Shown piece after piece: positions 30,041-39,786 of a DNA stretch of 64,000 nucleotides. Position numbers and translations under genes: made by a program. Where the stretch lies: positions 40,777 to 104,776 of the forward strand of contig JAFRMX010000010.1 in the NCBI GenBank assembly GCA_017430455.1. Direction: 5' to 3'. Origin of the DNA: Oscillospiraceae bacterium. GTDB taxonomy: Bacteria > Bacillota > Clostridia > Oscillospirales > Oscillospiraceae. The notes below the pieces were generated by a model. It saw only the letters and a program-made list of their open reading frames with translations, searched no databases and was not told the DNA's origin. Positions within the stretch are counted from its first letter, which is position 1. Every line of letters starts with the position of its first letter.

Positions 30041-30071
30041 AAAACAAGCGTCCGATAAAGACGCTTGTTTT
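30041..30071. terminator. Bidirectional terminator hairpin
   Basis: AAAACAAGCGTC-CGATAAA-GACGCTTGTTTT between convergent genes. Confidence 0.8.
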
Positions 30072-30083
30072 ATTCTGTCTGAA

Positions 30084-32021
30084 TTATTCAAGTTCAAAAG
30101 CTCCCGTATAGAGTTGGTAATAAGCGCCCTTCTGGGCGACCAGATCCTCGTGGTTGCCGCGTTCGATGATCCTGCCGTGGTCAAGCACCATGATAGCCTC
30201 GCTGTCTCTGACCGTCGAGAGCCTGTGAGCTATAACGAAAACGGTCCTGCCCTTCATAAGGCTGTCCATACCCTTCTGGACCAGAGCCTCGGTGCGGGTG
30301 TCTATGGAAGAGGTCGCCTCGTCGAGGATCATGACAGGCGGGTCTGCGACTGCCGCCCTTGCAATGGAAATAAGCTGTCTCTGGCCCTGGGAGAGATTTG
30401 AGCCGTTTGAACTGAGCATCGTATCGTAGCCTTCCGGAAGGCGGGTTATGAAATCATGGGCATTGGCAAGCTTTGCAGCTTCAATACACTCCTCATCGGT
30501 CGCGTCAAGCTTTCCGTAGCGTATGTTGTCCATAACGGTACCTGTAAACAAGTTCACATCCTGAAGGACTATGCCGAGAGATCGTCTCAGATCGGGTTTC
30601 TTTATCTTGTTTATGTTTATTCCGTCATATCTTATCTTTCCGTCTTCTATGTCGTAAAAGCGGTTGATAAGGTTTGTTATCGTTGTCTTTCCGGCTCCGG
30701 TCGCTCCGACAAAAGCAATCTTCTGCCCCGGCTCCGCCCAAAGGGTTATATCGTGAAGCACGGGTTTGCCTTCTTCATAGGCAAAATCCACATTGAACAG
30801 CCTTACATCTCCCTTGAGCTCAGTATATGTCAGAGTCCCGTCACCATGGGGATGCTTCCATGCCCAGAGGCCTGTGTGCTCGCTGCACTCGGACAGCTCC
30901 CCGTTTTCATCTCTCTTTGCATTGACCAGCGTAACATAGCCGTCATCTTTTTCAGGCTCTTCATCCATAAGCTCAAATATTCTGCCAGCGCCTGCAAGAG
31001 CCATAACAACAGACGAAAACTGCTGAGCGATGTTGTTGACGTTGCCCGTGAACTGTTTGCAGATATTGAGGAAAGAAACGATTACGGATACGGATATGAC
31101 CGCGCCGAAGGTTCCGTTGAGCAATCCGCCCAATGACCAGTTGTGAAGCCCTGCAGTTATCATAAATCCGCCCGTTATGGCAACAAGTACATAGAGCAGA
31201 TTTCCCACGTTCATGACCATTGGCCCCATAATGTTGCCGAAACGGCCGGCGTTCTGCGTGTCCGAGAAGAGCTTTTCATTATACACGTCAAACTCTTCCA
31301 AGCTCTTTTCTTCATGGTTAAAGACCTTGACCACTTTCTGCCCGTTCATCAGTTCCTCGACATATGCTTCAAGTTTGCCGAGCGACTGCTGCCTCTTGAC
31401 AAAGTATCTCGCGCTCCTGCCGCCGATCGTTTTCGTAATGACGACCATCAATATGATTCCCAGGAAGACTATTAGCATCATGTTGATGCTGTAATAGAGC
31501 ATGATAAATACCAATGCCAGAAGTATCACGGAAGACTGGACCATCTGAGGAACAGTTTCCGATATAAGCTGCCTTAAAGTGTCGATATCGTTCGTATAAT
31601 GGCTCATGATATCACCGTGTCCATTGACATCGAAGTACTTTATCGGCAGATCCTGCATCTTGTCGAACATGCGGTTTCTCATTTTGTCAAGAAACCCCTG
31701 TGTGACAGTCGCCATGGTAAGACCTTTCACAAGCGCAGCCGTGAGCCCGAGTAGCATGACCGTTCCCATTATAGCGACCAGTCTTATTACCTGAGGCCTT
31801 ACTGCAGGCCACGCGCCTTTTCCAAGGCTGAGTCCTGATTCAATTATATCCGTGATGTTTTTAAGCAGTACCGCAGGCATAACGCCCGAAATGCCGTTAA
31901 CTATCAGGCATATACAGACTATAAGAAACTGCCACTTATAATCCGCAAAAAGAAGCTTAATAAGCCTTCCGAAGGTCCCCTTCTTGGCTCCGGGCATCTT
32001 TTTTTCAGGCATCTTCTTCAC
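30084..32021 (-). CDS. ABC exporter, fused permease/ATPase (heterodimer partner 2)
   Basis: Six TM segments plus an NBD with Walker A GATGAGKTT, signature LSQGQRQ and Walker B ILDEATS. Confidence 0.9.
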   Translation of the reverse strand: MKKMPEKKMPGAKKGTFGRLIKLLFADYKWQFLIVCICLIVNGISGVMPAVLLKNITDIIESGLSLGKGAWPAVRPQVIRLVAIMGTVMLLGLTAALVKGLTMATVTQGFLDKMRNRMFDKMQDLPIKYFDVNGHGDIMSHYTNDIDTLRQLISETVPQMVQSSVILLALVFIMLYYSINMMLIVFLGIILMVVITKTIGGRSARYFVKRQQSLGKLEAYVEELMNGQKVVKVFNHEEKSLEEFDVYNEKLFSDTQNAGRFGNIMGPMVMNVGNLLYVLVAITGGFMITAGLHNWSLGGLLNGTFGAVISVSVIVSFLNICKQFTGNVNNIAQQFSSVVMALAGAGRIFELMDEEPEKDDGYVTLVNAKRDENGELSECSEHTGLWAWKHPHGDGTLTYTELKGDVRLFNVDFAYEEGKPVLHDITLWAEPGQKIAFVGATGAGKTTITNLINRFYDIEDGKIRYDGININKIKKPDLRRSLGIVLQDVNLFTGTVMDNIRYGKLDATDEECIEAAKLANAHDFITRLPEGYDTMLSSNGSNLSQGQRQLISIARAAVADPPVMILDEATSSIDTRTEALVQKGMDSLMKGRTVFVIAHRLSTVRDSEAIMVLDHGRIIERGNHEDLVAQKGAYYQLYTGAFELE

Positions 32022-33756
32022 CTCCCTTGGTCTGAGACTCGTATACCTCCCGGTATATCGGGCTCCTTTCCAGGAGTTCTTCGTGAGTACCCGTATCGGA
32101 GATTGTGCCGTTATCCATTACGATTATCATATCCGCATCCTCAACAGATGCTACTCTTTGGGCTATTATTATCTTTGTGGTATCAGGTATCTCTTCCGCG
32201 AAGGCCTTTCGTATAAGCGCATCGGTCTTTGTGTCGACAGCAGATGTCGAGTCGTCAAGGATCAGTATTTTGGGCTTTGCAATAAGCGCCCTGGCTATAC
32301 ACAGCCTCTGCTTCTGACCGCCCGAGACATTTGCGCCTCCCTGTTCTATATATTTATCGTACTTATCGGGGAAACTCTGAATATACTCGTCTGCCTGCGC
32401 GAGGCGGCATGCCTCATATATCTCTTCATCGGTCGCGTCTTCCTTGCCCCAGCGCACATTATCTTTGATAGTTCCGGAGAATAAAACATTTTTCTGCAGA
32501 ACAACAGAGACCTCATGTCTTAATGTCTTCAGATCATAATCTCTGACATCAATTCCGCCGACCCTGACTGTCCCGTCAGTTACATCATAAAGCCGCGGTA
32601 TAAGCTGGATCAGTGTGGTTTTTGAACTTCCTGTCCCTCCGATTATACCTACAGTCTGCCCCGACGCAATATGCAGATTAATATCAGAGAGCGCAAATTT
32701 CTGGGCTCCCTCCGAGTATTTAAAATCGACATTCTCGAAGTCTATGCTCCCATCTTTGACTTCCGTCACAGGATTCTCTGGATTCTTTATCGTGGATTCG
32801 GTGTCAATGACTTCGGTTATCCTTCTCGCCGATTCGATCGAGAAAGTAAACATCACAAAGATCATCGAGAGCATCATAAGGCTCATCAGTATCTGCATGC
32901 TGTAGGTCATAAGGCTCGAGAGATTCCCGATCATCATTGAACTGCCTCCGGAGGATACTATGAGCCTTGCTGCGAAGAACGGGATGACAAGCATACAGAA
33001 GTCTATTGCAAAAAGCATGAGCGGATTGTTGAAGGCCAGGATCTTCTCAGCCTTCGTAAAATCCTTCTTGACATTACCTGCCGCGATCGCAAATTTCTGC
33101 TTCTCGTAATCCTCTCTTACAAAGGATTTGACTACCCTCATTCCTCTGACATTTTCTTCAACGGATTCGTTGAGCTTGTCATATTTTTTGAATACCGCCC
33201 GGAACACCGGCAGAGCCTTCCTTGCTATCATGAGGAGTCCGCATCCGAGTATCGGAATGACCGCAACAAATGTAAACGCCAGATTCCCGCCCAGGTTCAC
33301 TGCCATTATTATCGAAAAAATGAGCATCATCGGTGCCCTGACTGCGATCCTTATTACCATCATATAGGCCATCTGGACATTGGCCACGTCCGTTGTCAGC
33401 CTTGTAACCAGTGAAGAACTTGAGAAATCGTCAATATTGGCAAACGAGAAATCCTTTACTCTGTCGTAAAGGTCATGCCTGAGGTTTTTTGAAAAGCCGG
33501 CCGAAGCCGTGGCTGCAAACCAGCCCGAGAGCATCCCGCAGGTCATTGACAGAAGTGCCATGCCAATCAGGATCCAGGCGTAGTGCATGATATCCTGCAT
33601 GTCGCTTCCCGTCTGTATTGAATTGATAAGTCTCGCCGTGAACAGAGGGATCAGACATTCCATGGCGACCTCTCCTATCATAAAGAAAGGTGAGAAAAGG
33701 GATTCCTTTTTGTATTCGCGGACCGATCTGAACAGTTTTTTGAACATCCTGAACAT
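32005..33756 (-). CDS. ABC exporter, fused permease/ATPase (heterodimer partner 1)
   Basis: Walker A GGTGSSKTT, signature VSGGQKQR, Walker B ILDDSTS. Overlaps the downstream partner by 17 nt. Confidence 0.9.
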   Translation of the reverse strand: MFRMFKKLFRSVREYKKESLFSPFFMIGEVAMECLIPLFTARLINSIQTGSDMQDIMHYAWILIGMALLSMTCGMLSGWFAATASAGFSKNLRHDLYDRVKDFSFANIDDFSSSSLVTRLTTDVANVQMAYMMVIRIAVRAPMMLIFSIIMAVNLGGNLAFTFVAVIPILGCGLLMIARKALPVFRAVFKKYDKLNESVEENVRGMRVVKSFVREDYEKQKFAIAAGNVKKDFTKAEKILAFNNPLMLFAIDFCMLVIPFFAARLIVSSGGSSMMIGNLSSLMTYSMQILMSLMMLSMIFVMFTFSIESARRITEVIDTESTIKNPENPVTEVKDGSIDFENVDFKYSEGAQKFALSDINLHIASGQTVGIIGGTGSSKTTLIQLIPRLYDVTDGTVRVGGIDVRDYDLKTLRHEVSVVLQKNVLFSGTIKDNVRWGKEDATDEEIYEACRLAQADEYIQSFPDKYDKYIEQGGANVSGGQKQRLCIARALIAKPKILILDDSTSAVDTKTDALIRKAFAEEIPDTTKIIIAQRVASVEDADMIIVMDNGTISDTGTHEELLERSPIYREVYESQTKGGEEDA

Positions 33757-33866
33757 AGTTTTCTGCTTTCGTAATACATTTAGTCAGAGTATATAAAGTA
33801 TATATTATGATGTTTGAATCAAAAAGCAACATTAAATTTGTAAACATTATAAATTTACGCAAAACA

Positions 33867-33900
33867 AGAAGCTGTGTTCAGTACGAAGAACACAGCTTCT
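33867..33900 (-). terminator. Terminator hairpin ending the dehydratase-like operon
   Basis: AGAAGCTGTGTTC / GAACACAGCTTCT 13-bp arms, followed on the minus strand by TGTTTTG. Confidence 0.65.
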
Positions 33901-33918
33901 TTCCGGCATATTCGGAGA

Positions 33919-34086
33919 TCAAAGATAATACTTGCGCTCCATGGAATCGTAGTGCTTTATGAAAAGCGGCTCCAGGAGAGACGTCGCCTTCATATCCAGA
34001 TTGAAGAAATAGACCGTAAAGGTAACTGCAAACAGCGCAAATACAGCCAGAAAAACTTTAAGAATTATCTTTCCTATTAATTTCAT
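33919..34086 (-). CDS. Small membrane protein (55 aa), unknown function
   Basis: MKLIGKIILKVFLAVFALFAVTFTVYFFNLDMKATSLLEPLFIKHYDSMERKYYL. AGGAGC RBS. It starts 14 nt after the upstream stop. Below the ORF-track length cut-off. Confidence 0.55.
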   Translation of the reverse strand: MKLIGKIILKVFLAVFALFAVTFTVYFFNLDMKATSLLEPLFIKHYDSMERKYYL

Positions 34087-34100
34087 TATTTGCTCCTATA

Positions 34101-35669
34101 TTACCAGGATTTTTCATCTGGCAGATTTTCAAGGCTCGGATCGATCGGCTCTTCGTTCATGACCGTTCTCAAGAAATTGTTGATCTGATCGCGCACCCCC
34201 TGCCTGGAGACGATTCTGGGATCAAACAGATCGTGGCCGACCCATACCAGAGGAATGCCTTTTTCTCTTGCCTTCTCCTCGAACTGCCCGTGCATACCGT
34301 TGAGAGCCTTGCAGCTCTGGTGCTCCCAGAGGATTACCATGTCAGCATTGAACTGCTCGACATACTCCCAGAGCTCGTCCAGAAGAACCTTGTAGCCGCC
34401 GTGCGTGCGGTTTCTCATGATCATATTCTCGGTCAGCCAAGCCATATCGTAGTAGGCTGTTTCACGGTTTTCGGGAGTATCCTCAGTCACAAGCTTTCTT
34501 GTCGAAACCATGGAGAGCATGTCTGTAAGAGGAACTATGCCCCAGCAGTTAACAAGCCACACGAGGAAATCAAAATAATAGTGAGACTGTACGCCCCAGA
34601 TAATCGCACGGTGCCTGTACTGCGGTACCATCTTCAGTTTCTTGTCATAGGCACGTCTTGCAAGCTCGGTTATCTTTCTGTCCGCTTTTTCAAAATCCAC
34701 GACCTTGCCGCAGATAGCCATATAGTTTGTCTCTGTATAAAGAGCCAGATTTCCGCCGAACACCTGCGGGTAATCGGTGCGGTTCATCTCAAGCCATTCC
34801 TGCCTGCACTCTGTCGCGTAATTCACACGCTTTGCACACTCGAAATAGTAGTCCCAATCCCATTTCTCCCCGGTATGCTCTTCTATGAATGCAATTGCAT
34901 TCTTTATTTCGCCCGCTGCATAGTCCTGAACGTCATCCTCTCTGTGACGCAGAGGCGCCGCCAGCTGGAATACAGGGATACCGTCCACGTTTATAAGCCT
35001 GCGGGATATTACTCCGTTTGAAAGGAGCGACCCGTCGCAGGTGGTGTTGCACTGTACAGCGCATTTACCGAGTATAGGCGCGTCGTCATCTATGGAGATA
35101 CCCGCTTCAGCCTCAGGCATAGGGCAGACATCAGGCGCCAGTCCCTGGAGCTGAGCGACATCAATATAGTGCTCCATCGAATGCTGGTTCAGCAGAACCG
35201 GTACATAGGTCGATATGGTTTCCCTGGAAAGACCTTTCAGCGTCTTGAAGCCCATCATCACTGCTGTCATCTCGTTTTCATCTACGAGAACGACCTTATC
35301 CGAATACTTCTTGTCGTTTCCGATCCTTTTGTCCCCTCTGAAAACCTTGTCGAGCAGAAGTCCGATATCTTTGAATACGGTATCATATTCTTCATGCATT
35401 ATGCGAAGATACTCGCCTCTGAGTCCCTGAGAAAAACGGTCGAGCATCATAGGAGACGCCAGGTAGTTCGCCATCCAGCGATAGCGGAACATAGCCTTTA
35501 TATTGCGTGGCTTGACAATAAATTTTGCAAGGACGGACATTGTCCCGAGCCAGCGCCAGTAATCGTAAAGCGTATCCGATACTCCGCGCCACTCGCGTCT
35601 TTTTCTGACTTTACCGTCTGTATAAAGTTTTCCAAGCTCATTGTCGCCGACTCTTAACTTCTCTGCCAT
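34101..35669 (-). CDS. 2-hydroxyacyl-CoA dehydratase / benzoyl-CoA reductase (BcrC/BadD/HgdB) family protein, large subunit-like
   Basis: 522 aa. Family-typical Cys contexts (DVCPMPEAEAG, CAVQCNTTCDGS, HQSCKALNG). The ATG overlaps the upstream stop (ATGA). Confidence 0.7.
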   Translation of the reverse strand: MAEKLRVGDNELGKLYTDGKVRKRREWRGVSDTLYDYWRWLGTMSVLAKFIVKPRNIKAMFRYRWMANYLASPMMLDRFSQGLRGEYLRIMHEEYDTVFKDIGLLLDKVFRGDKRIGNDKKYSDKVVLVDENEMTAVMMGFKTLKGLSRETISTYVPVLLNQHSMEHYIDVAQLQGLAPDVCPMPEAEAGISIDDDAPILGKCAVQCNTTCDGSLLSNGVISRRLINVDGIPVFQLAAPLRHREDDVQDYAAGEIKNAIAFIEEHTGEKWDWDYYFECAKRVNYATECRQEWLEMNRTDYPQVFGGNLALYTETNYMAICGKVVDFEKADRKITELARRAYDKKLKMVPQYRHRAIIWGVQSHYYFDFLVWLVNCWGIVPLTDMLSMVSTRKLVTEDTPENRETAYYDMAWLTENMIMRNRTHGGYKVLLDELWEYVEQFNADMVILWEHQSCKALNGMHGQFEEKAREKGIPLVWVGHDLFDPRIVSRQGVRDQINNFLRTVMNEEPIDPSLENLPDEKSW

Positions 35670-36868
35670 CAGTCAGCACCTCCTCTGATCTTTTTGATCT
35701 CTATGCTTTCGACAAAAGCCTGTACACGCGTCCTCATCTGCCCTACGGAGGACTTTATGTTATACGGTCTGTCAACTGACAATACCGGATAGTCGTAGTC
35801 CTCGTGCAAAATATGTGAACCCAGCATCCTCTCATATGCCCATGGGTCACAGAATTTGATCTGCTGGTATATTATGCCGTCTGCGTCATACTCTTTCGCG
35901 AGTTTGTTGACATACTCGCGTCTGCCGTTCATTGTCGGAGTATCCATCATTCTCGGGCACTGGCATCTGGTCATATACCGGCGGCAGATCTGGGTGAGAG
36001 CATCCTCGTCATCGGTTAAAACTATCGGATCCCTTCCGGGCAATGAACCGTAGCAGAAACGGTCGGCACATACATATGCTCCAGAGTCTTCTATCAGCTT
36101 TATAAAGTATTCGTCATCCGCTTCGCTTCCGACCACAAGTACTCTTGCCCGTGCCTCTCCTTCTTTCATCGGTTCGCGCGTTTTGAGTTCTTCGAGCGTC
36201 TCCTCAAGTTTGCCTATAAGCATATCCTTCGGAGCGACATATGTACAGAGCGTGATAACATGGAACTCATAGCCGGTTATAGCTGGAGTCCTTCCTTTTC
36301 TGAATTCCCCTATAGCTCTGATGAGCTCGCAAGCCCTGTTGTGCCTTGCAACAGCTTCTCTTATAGAGGCATCCGAAACATCTATGCCGTAATTCTCGCT
36401 GAGAGGTTTCAGTATATGGTTTTTGCACTGCGTTACATAGAGCTTGAGGCCGTTGTCATCAGCCTTCATCGGAATCTCCATGTAATCGTAGAAAAATTTC
36501 TCCTTATCGGCAGCGACGGCGTTTAGCAGCTCCATATTCTCGATGCAGCGGTTCATCATGGTGCAACCGTCGGGCGTAATCAGTCCGTCAAGGTGGTTGT
36601 AGCCGCCCTCTATCGCTCTCTCAAGCAGGCTGCGGCTGTATTCGCACAGAAGATTTGTGAGATAATAGGTTCCGACCTCGGTTGAACCGGTGTTGGGCGC
36701 GCGGAGACGTGTCGAGAAAGCATTGCCGATATTCAACAGCGGCTCAGGAACATTCTCACAGGCATAGCCTATGCAAATTTTCCCGTCTTTCTGCGCCTGC
36801 CTGATCAATTCATTGTTTGCAGACTGGAGAAGGTTTTCAAAGTAAATAAGATGCTTTAAATCCTTCAT
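35669..36868 (-). CDS. 2-hydroxyacyl-CoA dehydratase / BcrC/BadD/HgdB family protein, small subunit-like
   Basis: 399 aa. CIGYACENVPEPLL, DGCTMMNRC and KFCDPWAYE motifs, as in HgdB/HadC-type subunits. Confidence 0.75.
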   Translation of the reverse strand: MKDLKHLIYFENLLQSANNELIRQAQKDGKICIGYACENVPEPLLNIGNAFSTRLRAPNTGSTEVGTYYLTNLLCEYSRSLLERAIEGGYNHLDGLITPDGCTMMNRCIENMELLNAVAADKEKFFYDYMEIPMKADDNGLKLYVTQCKNHILKPLSENYGIDVSDASIREAVARHNRACELIRAIGEFRKGRTPAITGYEFHVITLCTYVAPKDMLIGKLEETLEELKTREPMKEGEARARVLVVGSEADDEYFIKLIEDSGAYVCADRFCYGSLPGRDPIVLTDDEDALTQICRRYMTRCQCPRMMDTPTMNGRREYVNKLAKEYDADGIIYQQIKFCDPWAYERMLGSHILHEDYDYPVLSVDRPYNIKSSVGQMRTRVQAFVESIEIKKIRGGAD

Positions 36869-36910
36869 GCATTGCTCCTTACATAAAAATATATTGATTA
36901 TTTACGCCGG

Positions 36911-36943
36911 GAGATCGCCGCAGAGGGCCTCTGCGGCGATCTC
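36911..36943 (-). other. Very stable GC-rich hairpin between the oxidoreductase and dehydratase genes
   Basis: GAGATCGCCGCAGAG-GGC-CTCTGCGGCGATCTC (15-bp perfect stem). No U tract on the transcribed strand. Confidence 0.7.
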
Positions 36944-36955
36944 AACGTTATTGTG

Positions 36956-39733
36956 TTATTTGCGAAGCTCAGCAGCCTTTTTCCTTGCGATCTTGATAGA
37001 TCTCTGAGCTTCCCACTTCGCCATTTCGACATACTTCTGGCTCTCATCCTTCATTGTAGAGCACTCGGGACGGATCCTGGAGAGATGGATAGCGTCAAAC
37101 TCGCACTTGGTCGTACAGATTCCGCAGCCTATGCACTTGTTCTGGTCTACTACGCTTCTGCCGCAACTTAAGCATCTCGAAGCTTCAGCTTTGATCTGTT
37201 CTTCCGTGAATGTCTTGCGCTCGTCATGCATAGAGAGGACCTTCTCCGGGTCTATAGCATGTATCTGTCTTGCAGGCTTTTTGATCTTCTCGGGCGGAAG
37301 AACGATATTGTTCTTGTCGAGCTCCGTAAACACCCTGGTGTTGCGGTGTATCGTCAGGCTCTGGCCCTTGTTGACGAAACGGTGTATGGAGACCGCGCCT
37401 TCACGCCCGTTCGCGATGGCGTCAATGGTGTACATAGGACCAGTCGCTATATCTCCGCCGACAAAGATGTCGGGCTCGGCAGTCTGGAATGTGACCTTGT
37501 CACATGCGATAAGCTTTCCGTCCTGGGCATCGACCTTCGATCCGTCGAAGATCCCGCAGTACTCGCTTCTCTGGCCTATGGAGACGATAACGTTGGAGCA
37601 TTCGACAGTTATCGTATCGTTCTCATCATATACCGGAGCAAATCTTCCGGATGCGTCTCTTACACTGAGGCATTTCTTGAATTCCACGCCGGTGACTTTG
37701 CCGTCTTCCCCGAGTATGACCTTCGGACCCCAGCCGTTGTTTATCAGAACACCGTCTTCAATACCTGAATTCTTTTCCTCCGGCACAGTCGGCATATCGT
37801 CGAACTGCTCAAGGCAGTACAGATACACTTTTCCGTTCCCGAGACGTCTGGCTGTACGTGCAGCGTCGATAGCTGCATTACCTCCTCCGACTATAACGGT
37901 GTCGCCTTTGAGCTTCGGCGCCTTTCCTGCGTTGACGTCTCTGAGAAGATCCAGGCTGCCGTAGACGCCCTTGAGATCCTCACCTTCGACATTGAGCTTA
38001 AGAGCCTTCTGAAGACCGACAGCTACATAGAACGCCTTGTAGCCTTCATCTCTCAGCTGCTGGAGAGTGATATCTTTTCCCACTTCAACTCCGCATCTGA
38101 ACTCAACACCCATCTGCTTCAGGACATCTATTTCCGATCTGACAACGTCCTTCTCAACACGGAAGTTCGGCATGCCGTTTATCATCATTCCGCCGGGTTC
38201 CTTCTCTTTTTCGAATACTACCGGCTTATAGCCTTCTATAGCGAGGAAGTATGCGCAGCTCATGCCTGCGGGGCCTCCGCCTATGATTGCAATCTTCTGC
38301 TCGAAGGGAGCTCTGGTGCAGGAGAGCATCGGCGGGATGTAGCGGTGTTCGTCCTTCATATCCTGTTCGGATATGAATTTCTTGATCTCATCGATAGAGA
38401 GCGCTTCATCGACAGTTCCGCGGGTACACGCGTCTTCGCAGTATTTGCGGCAGATGCTTCCGCAGACCGCGGGGAACGGGTTATCCTTCTTGATGAGCTT
38501 GAGAGCATCCTTGTACTTGCCCTTAGCTGCCATGTCTATATAGCCCTGGATCGCGATATGCGCGGGACATGCGACCTTGCAGGGAGCTGTGCCTGTCGGC
38601 CAGGTCTGGATGCATCCGTTTTCATTTCTGTAATTCTTATTCCATTTTTTCTCACTCCAGACAGTATCATCCGGCAGCTCGTGCTTCGGATATTCGATCT
38701 CTCCTTCGGTCGTGCAGAGCTTCTGTCCAAGTCTTACGGCACCCGCCGGGCAGGTCTCGACACATTTGCCGCAGGCGACGCACTTTGTCGGGTCGCTCTC
38801 GGCTGCATACGCCGATCTCGAGAGGTTCGGAGTGTTGAAAAGCTGGGATGTCCTGAGCGCGTTGCAGACACCGACAGCGCAGTTGCAGATTGCAAAGATC
38901 TTGTCCTGTCCGTCAATATTTGTGATCTGATGGACATAGCCCCTGTCCTCTGCCTTCTGAATGATCTCCATGGCCTCATCATAGGTAAGATCGCGCCCGT
39001 GTCCTGTCTCGCGGCAGTAATCCGCAAAATCGCCTACTCCTATGCACCAGTCAGCCTCAATATCTCCGGAACCCTCGTTGCGGATACGCTGCTGCTTCCT
39101 GCAGGAGCAGACCGATACGCCTATCTGACCTTCATATTTTTTGAGCCAGTATGAGATATGCTCGATATCAAGAGACTGGTTCTCCGCAGGGATCGCTTTC
39201 TCGACCGGAATGACGTGCATTCCGATCCCTGCGCCACCGGGAGGCACCATCTGCGTAAATCCGGCCAGCGGTTCATACGCCATGCGTTCGAAGAAGTCTG
39301 CCGTCTCCGGGAACATATCGCCGTGCTCCGGATTGATCATCATCAGCTCCGCGGATCCGGGAACAAAGATGTCGAGCATCCAGCGCTTCTCATGGTTCGG
39401 GTTTTTGCCGTCATTGTTTTCGTAGTGGTACTCGAGAAAACTTGATACACTTGCAGCATCAAGCGCTTTCTCAAGTCTTGCTTCATCCCACTGCGGGTTC
39501 TTTTCCTTCAGCTGGGCAAACGTAAGCGGTTTTCTGCGTTTACCGAAGGACAGGCACACATCCAGAACATCATCTGCCGTCTGTCTGTCATACTTATACT
39601 CTGCAAATTTCAGACCGGAATTGATCCCGACGTATTCCCAGGACTTCTTGTCCATCTTCTGAAGCCCTGTCGAATGGAATACGACATCCGTCATCATCTT
39701 TGCAAGCTTAAGCATTTTTTCGTCTCTTGTCAT
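36956..39733 (-). CDS. Multidomain Fe-S flavoprotein: Cys-motif N-module, ferredoxin domain, GltD/NfnB-like NAD(P)H-FAD oxidoreductase, C-terminal 2x[4Fe-4S] domain
   Basis: 925 aa. CSCRKQ...CNCAVGVC, CVACGKCVETCP, CPAHIAIQGY...CGSICRKYCEDAC, IAIIGGGPAGM, VIVGGGNAAIDAA, CLSCG...CIGCGICTTKC. Confidence 0.8.
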   Translation of the reverse strand: MTRDEKMLKLAKMMTDVVFHSTGLQKMDKKSWEYVGINSGLKFAEYKYDRQTADDVLDVCLSFGKRRKPLTFAQLKEKNPQWDEARLEKALDAASVSSFLEYHYENNDGKNPNHEKRWMLDIFVPGSAELMMINPEHGDMFPETADFFERMAYEPLAGFTQMVPPGGAGIGMHVIPVEKAIPAENQSLDIEHISYWLKKYEGQIGVSVCSCRKQQRIRNEGSGDIEADWCIGVGDFADYCRETGHGRDLTYDEAMEIIQKAEDRGYVHQITNIDGQDKIFAICNCAVGVCNALRTSQLFNTPNLSRSAYAAESDPTKCVACGKCVETCPAGAVRLGQKLCTTEGEIEYPKHELPDDTVWSEKKWNKNYRNENGCIQTWPTGTAPCKVACPAHIAIQGYIDMAAKGKYKDALKLIKKDNPFPAVCGSICRKYCEDACTRGTVDEALSIDEIKKFISEQDMKDEHRYIPPMLSCTRAPFEQKIAIIGGGPAGMSCAYFLAIEGYKPVVFEKEKEPGGMMINGMPNFRVEKDVVRSEIDVLKQMGVEFRCGVEVGKDITLQQLRDEGYKAFYVAVGLQKALKLNVEGEDLKGVYGSLDLLRDVNAGKAPKLKGDTVIVGGGNAAIDAARTARRLGNGKVYLYCLEQFDDMPTVPEEKNSGIEDGVLINNGWGPKVILGEDGKVTGVEFKKCLSVRDASGRFAPVYDENDTITVECSNVIVSIGQRSEYCGIFDGSKVDAQDGKLIACDKVTFQTAEPDIFVGGDIATGPMYTIDAIANGREGAVSIHRFVNKGQSLTIHRNTRVFTELDKNNIVLPPEKIKKPARQIHAIDPEKVLSMHDERKTFTEEQIKAEASRCLSCGRSVVDQNKCIGCGICTTKCEFDAIHLSRIRPECSTMKDESQKYVEMAKWEAQRSIKIARKKAAELRK

Positions 39734-39786
39734 GTTTAACCCTCCTAAATCATGATCGTATATATTTATGTTAATGCCTTCCGTTT

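Noticed and set aside
33874-34080. 68-aa plus-strand ORF
   Set aside because: It is antisense to the better-supported 55-aa membrane peptide, which has an RBS and operon context. It begins inside the operon terminator.
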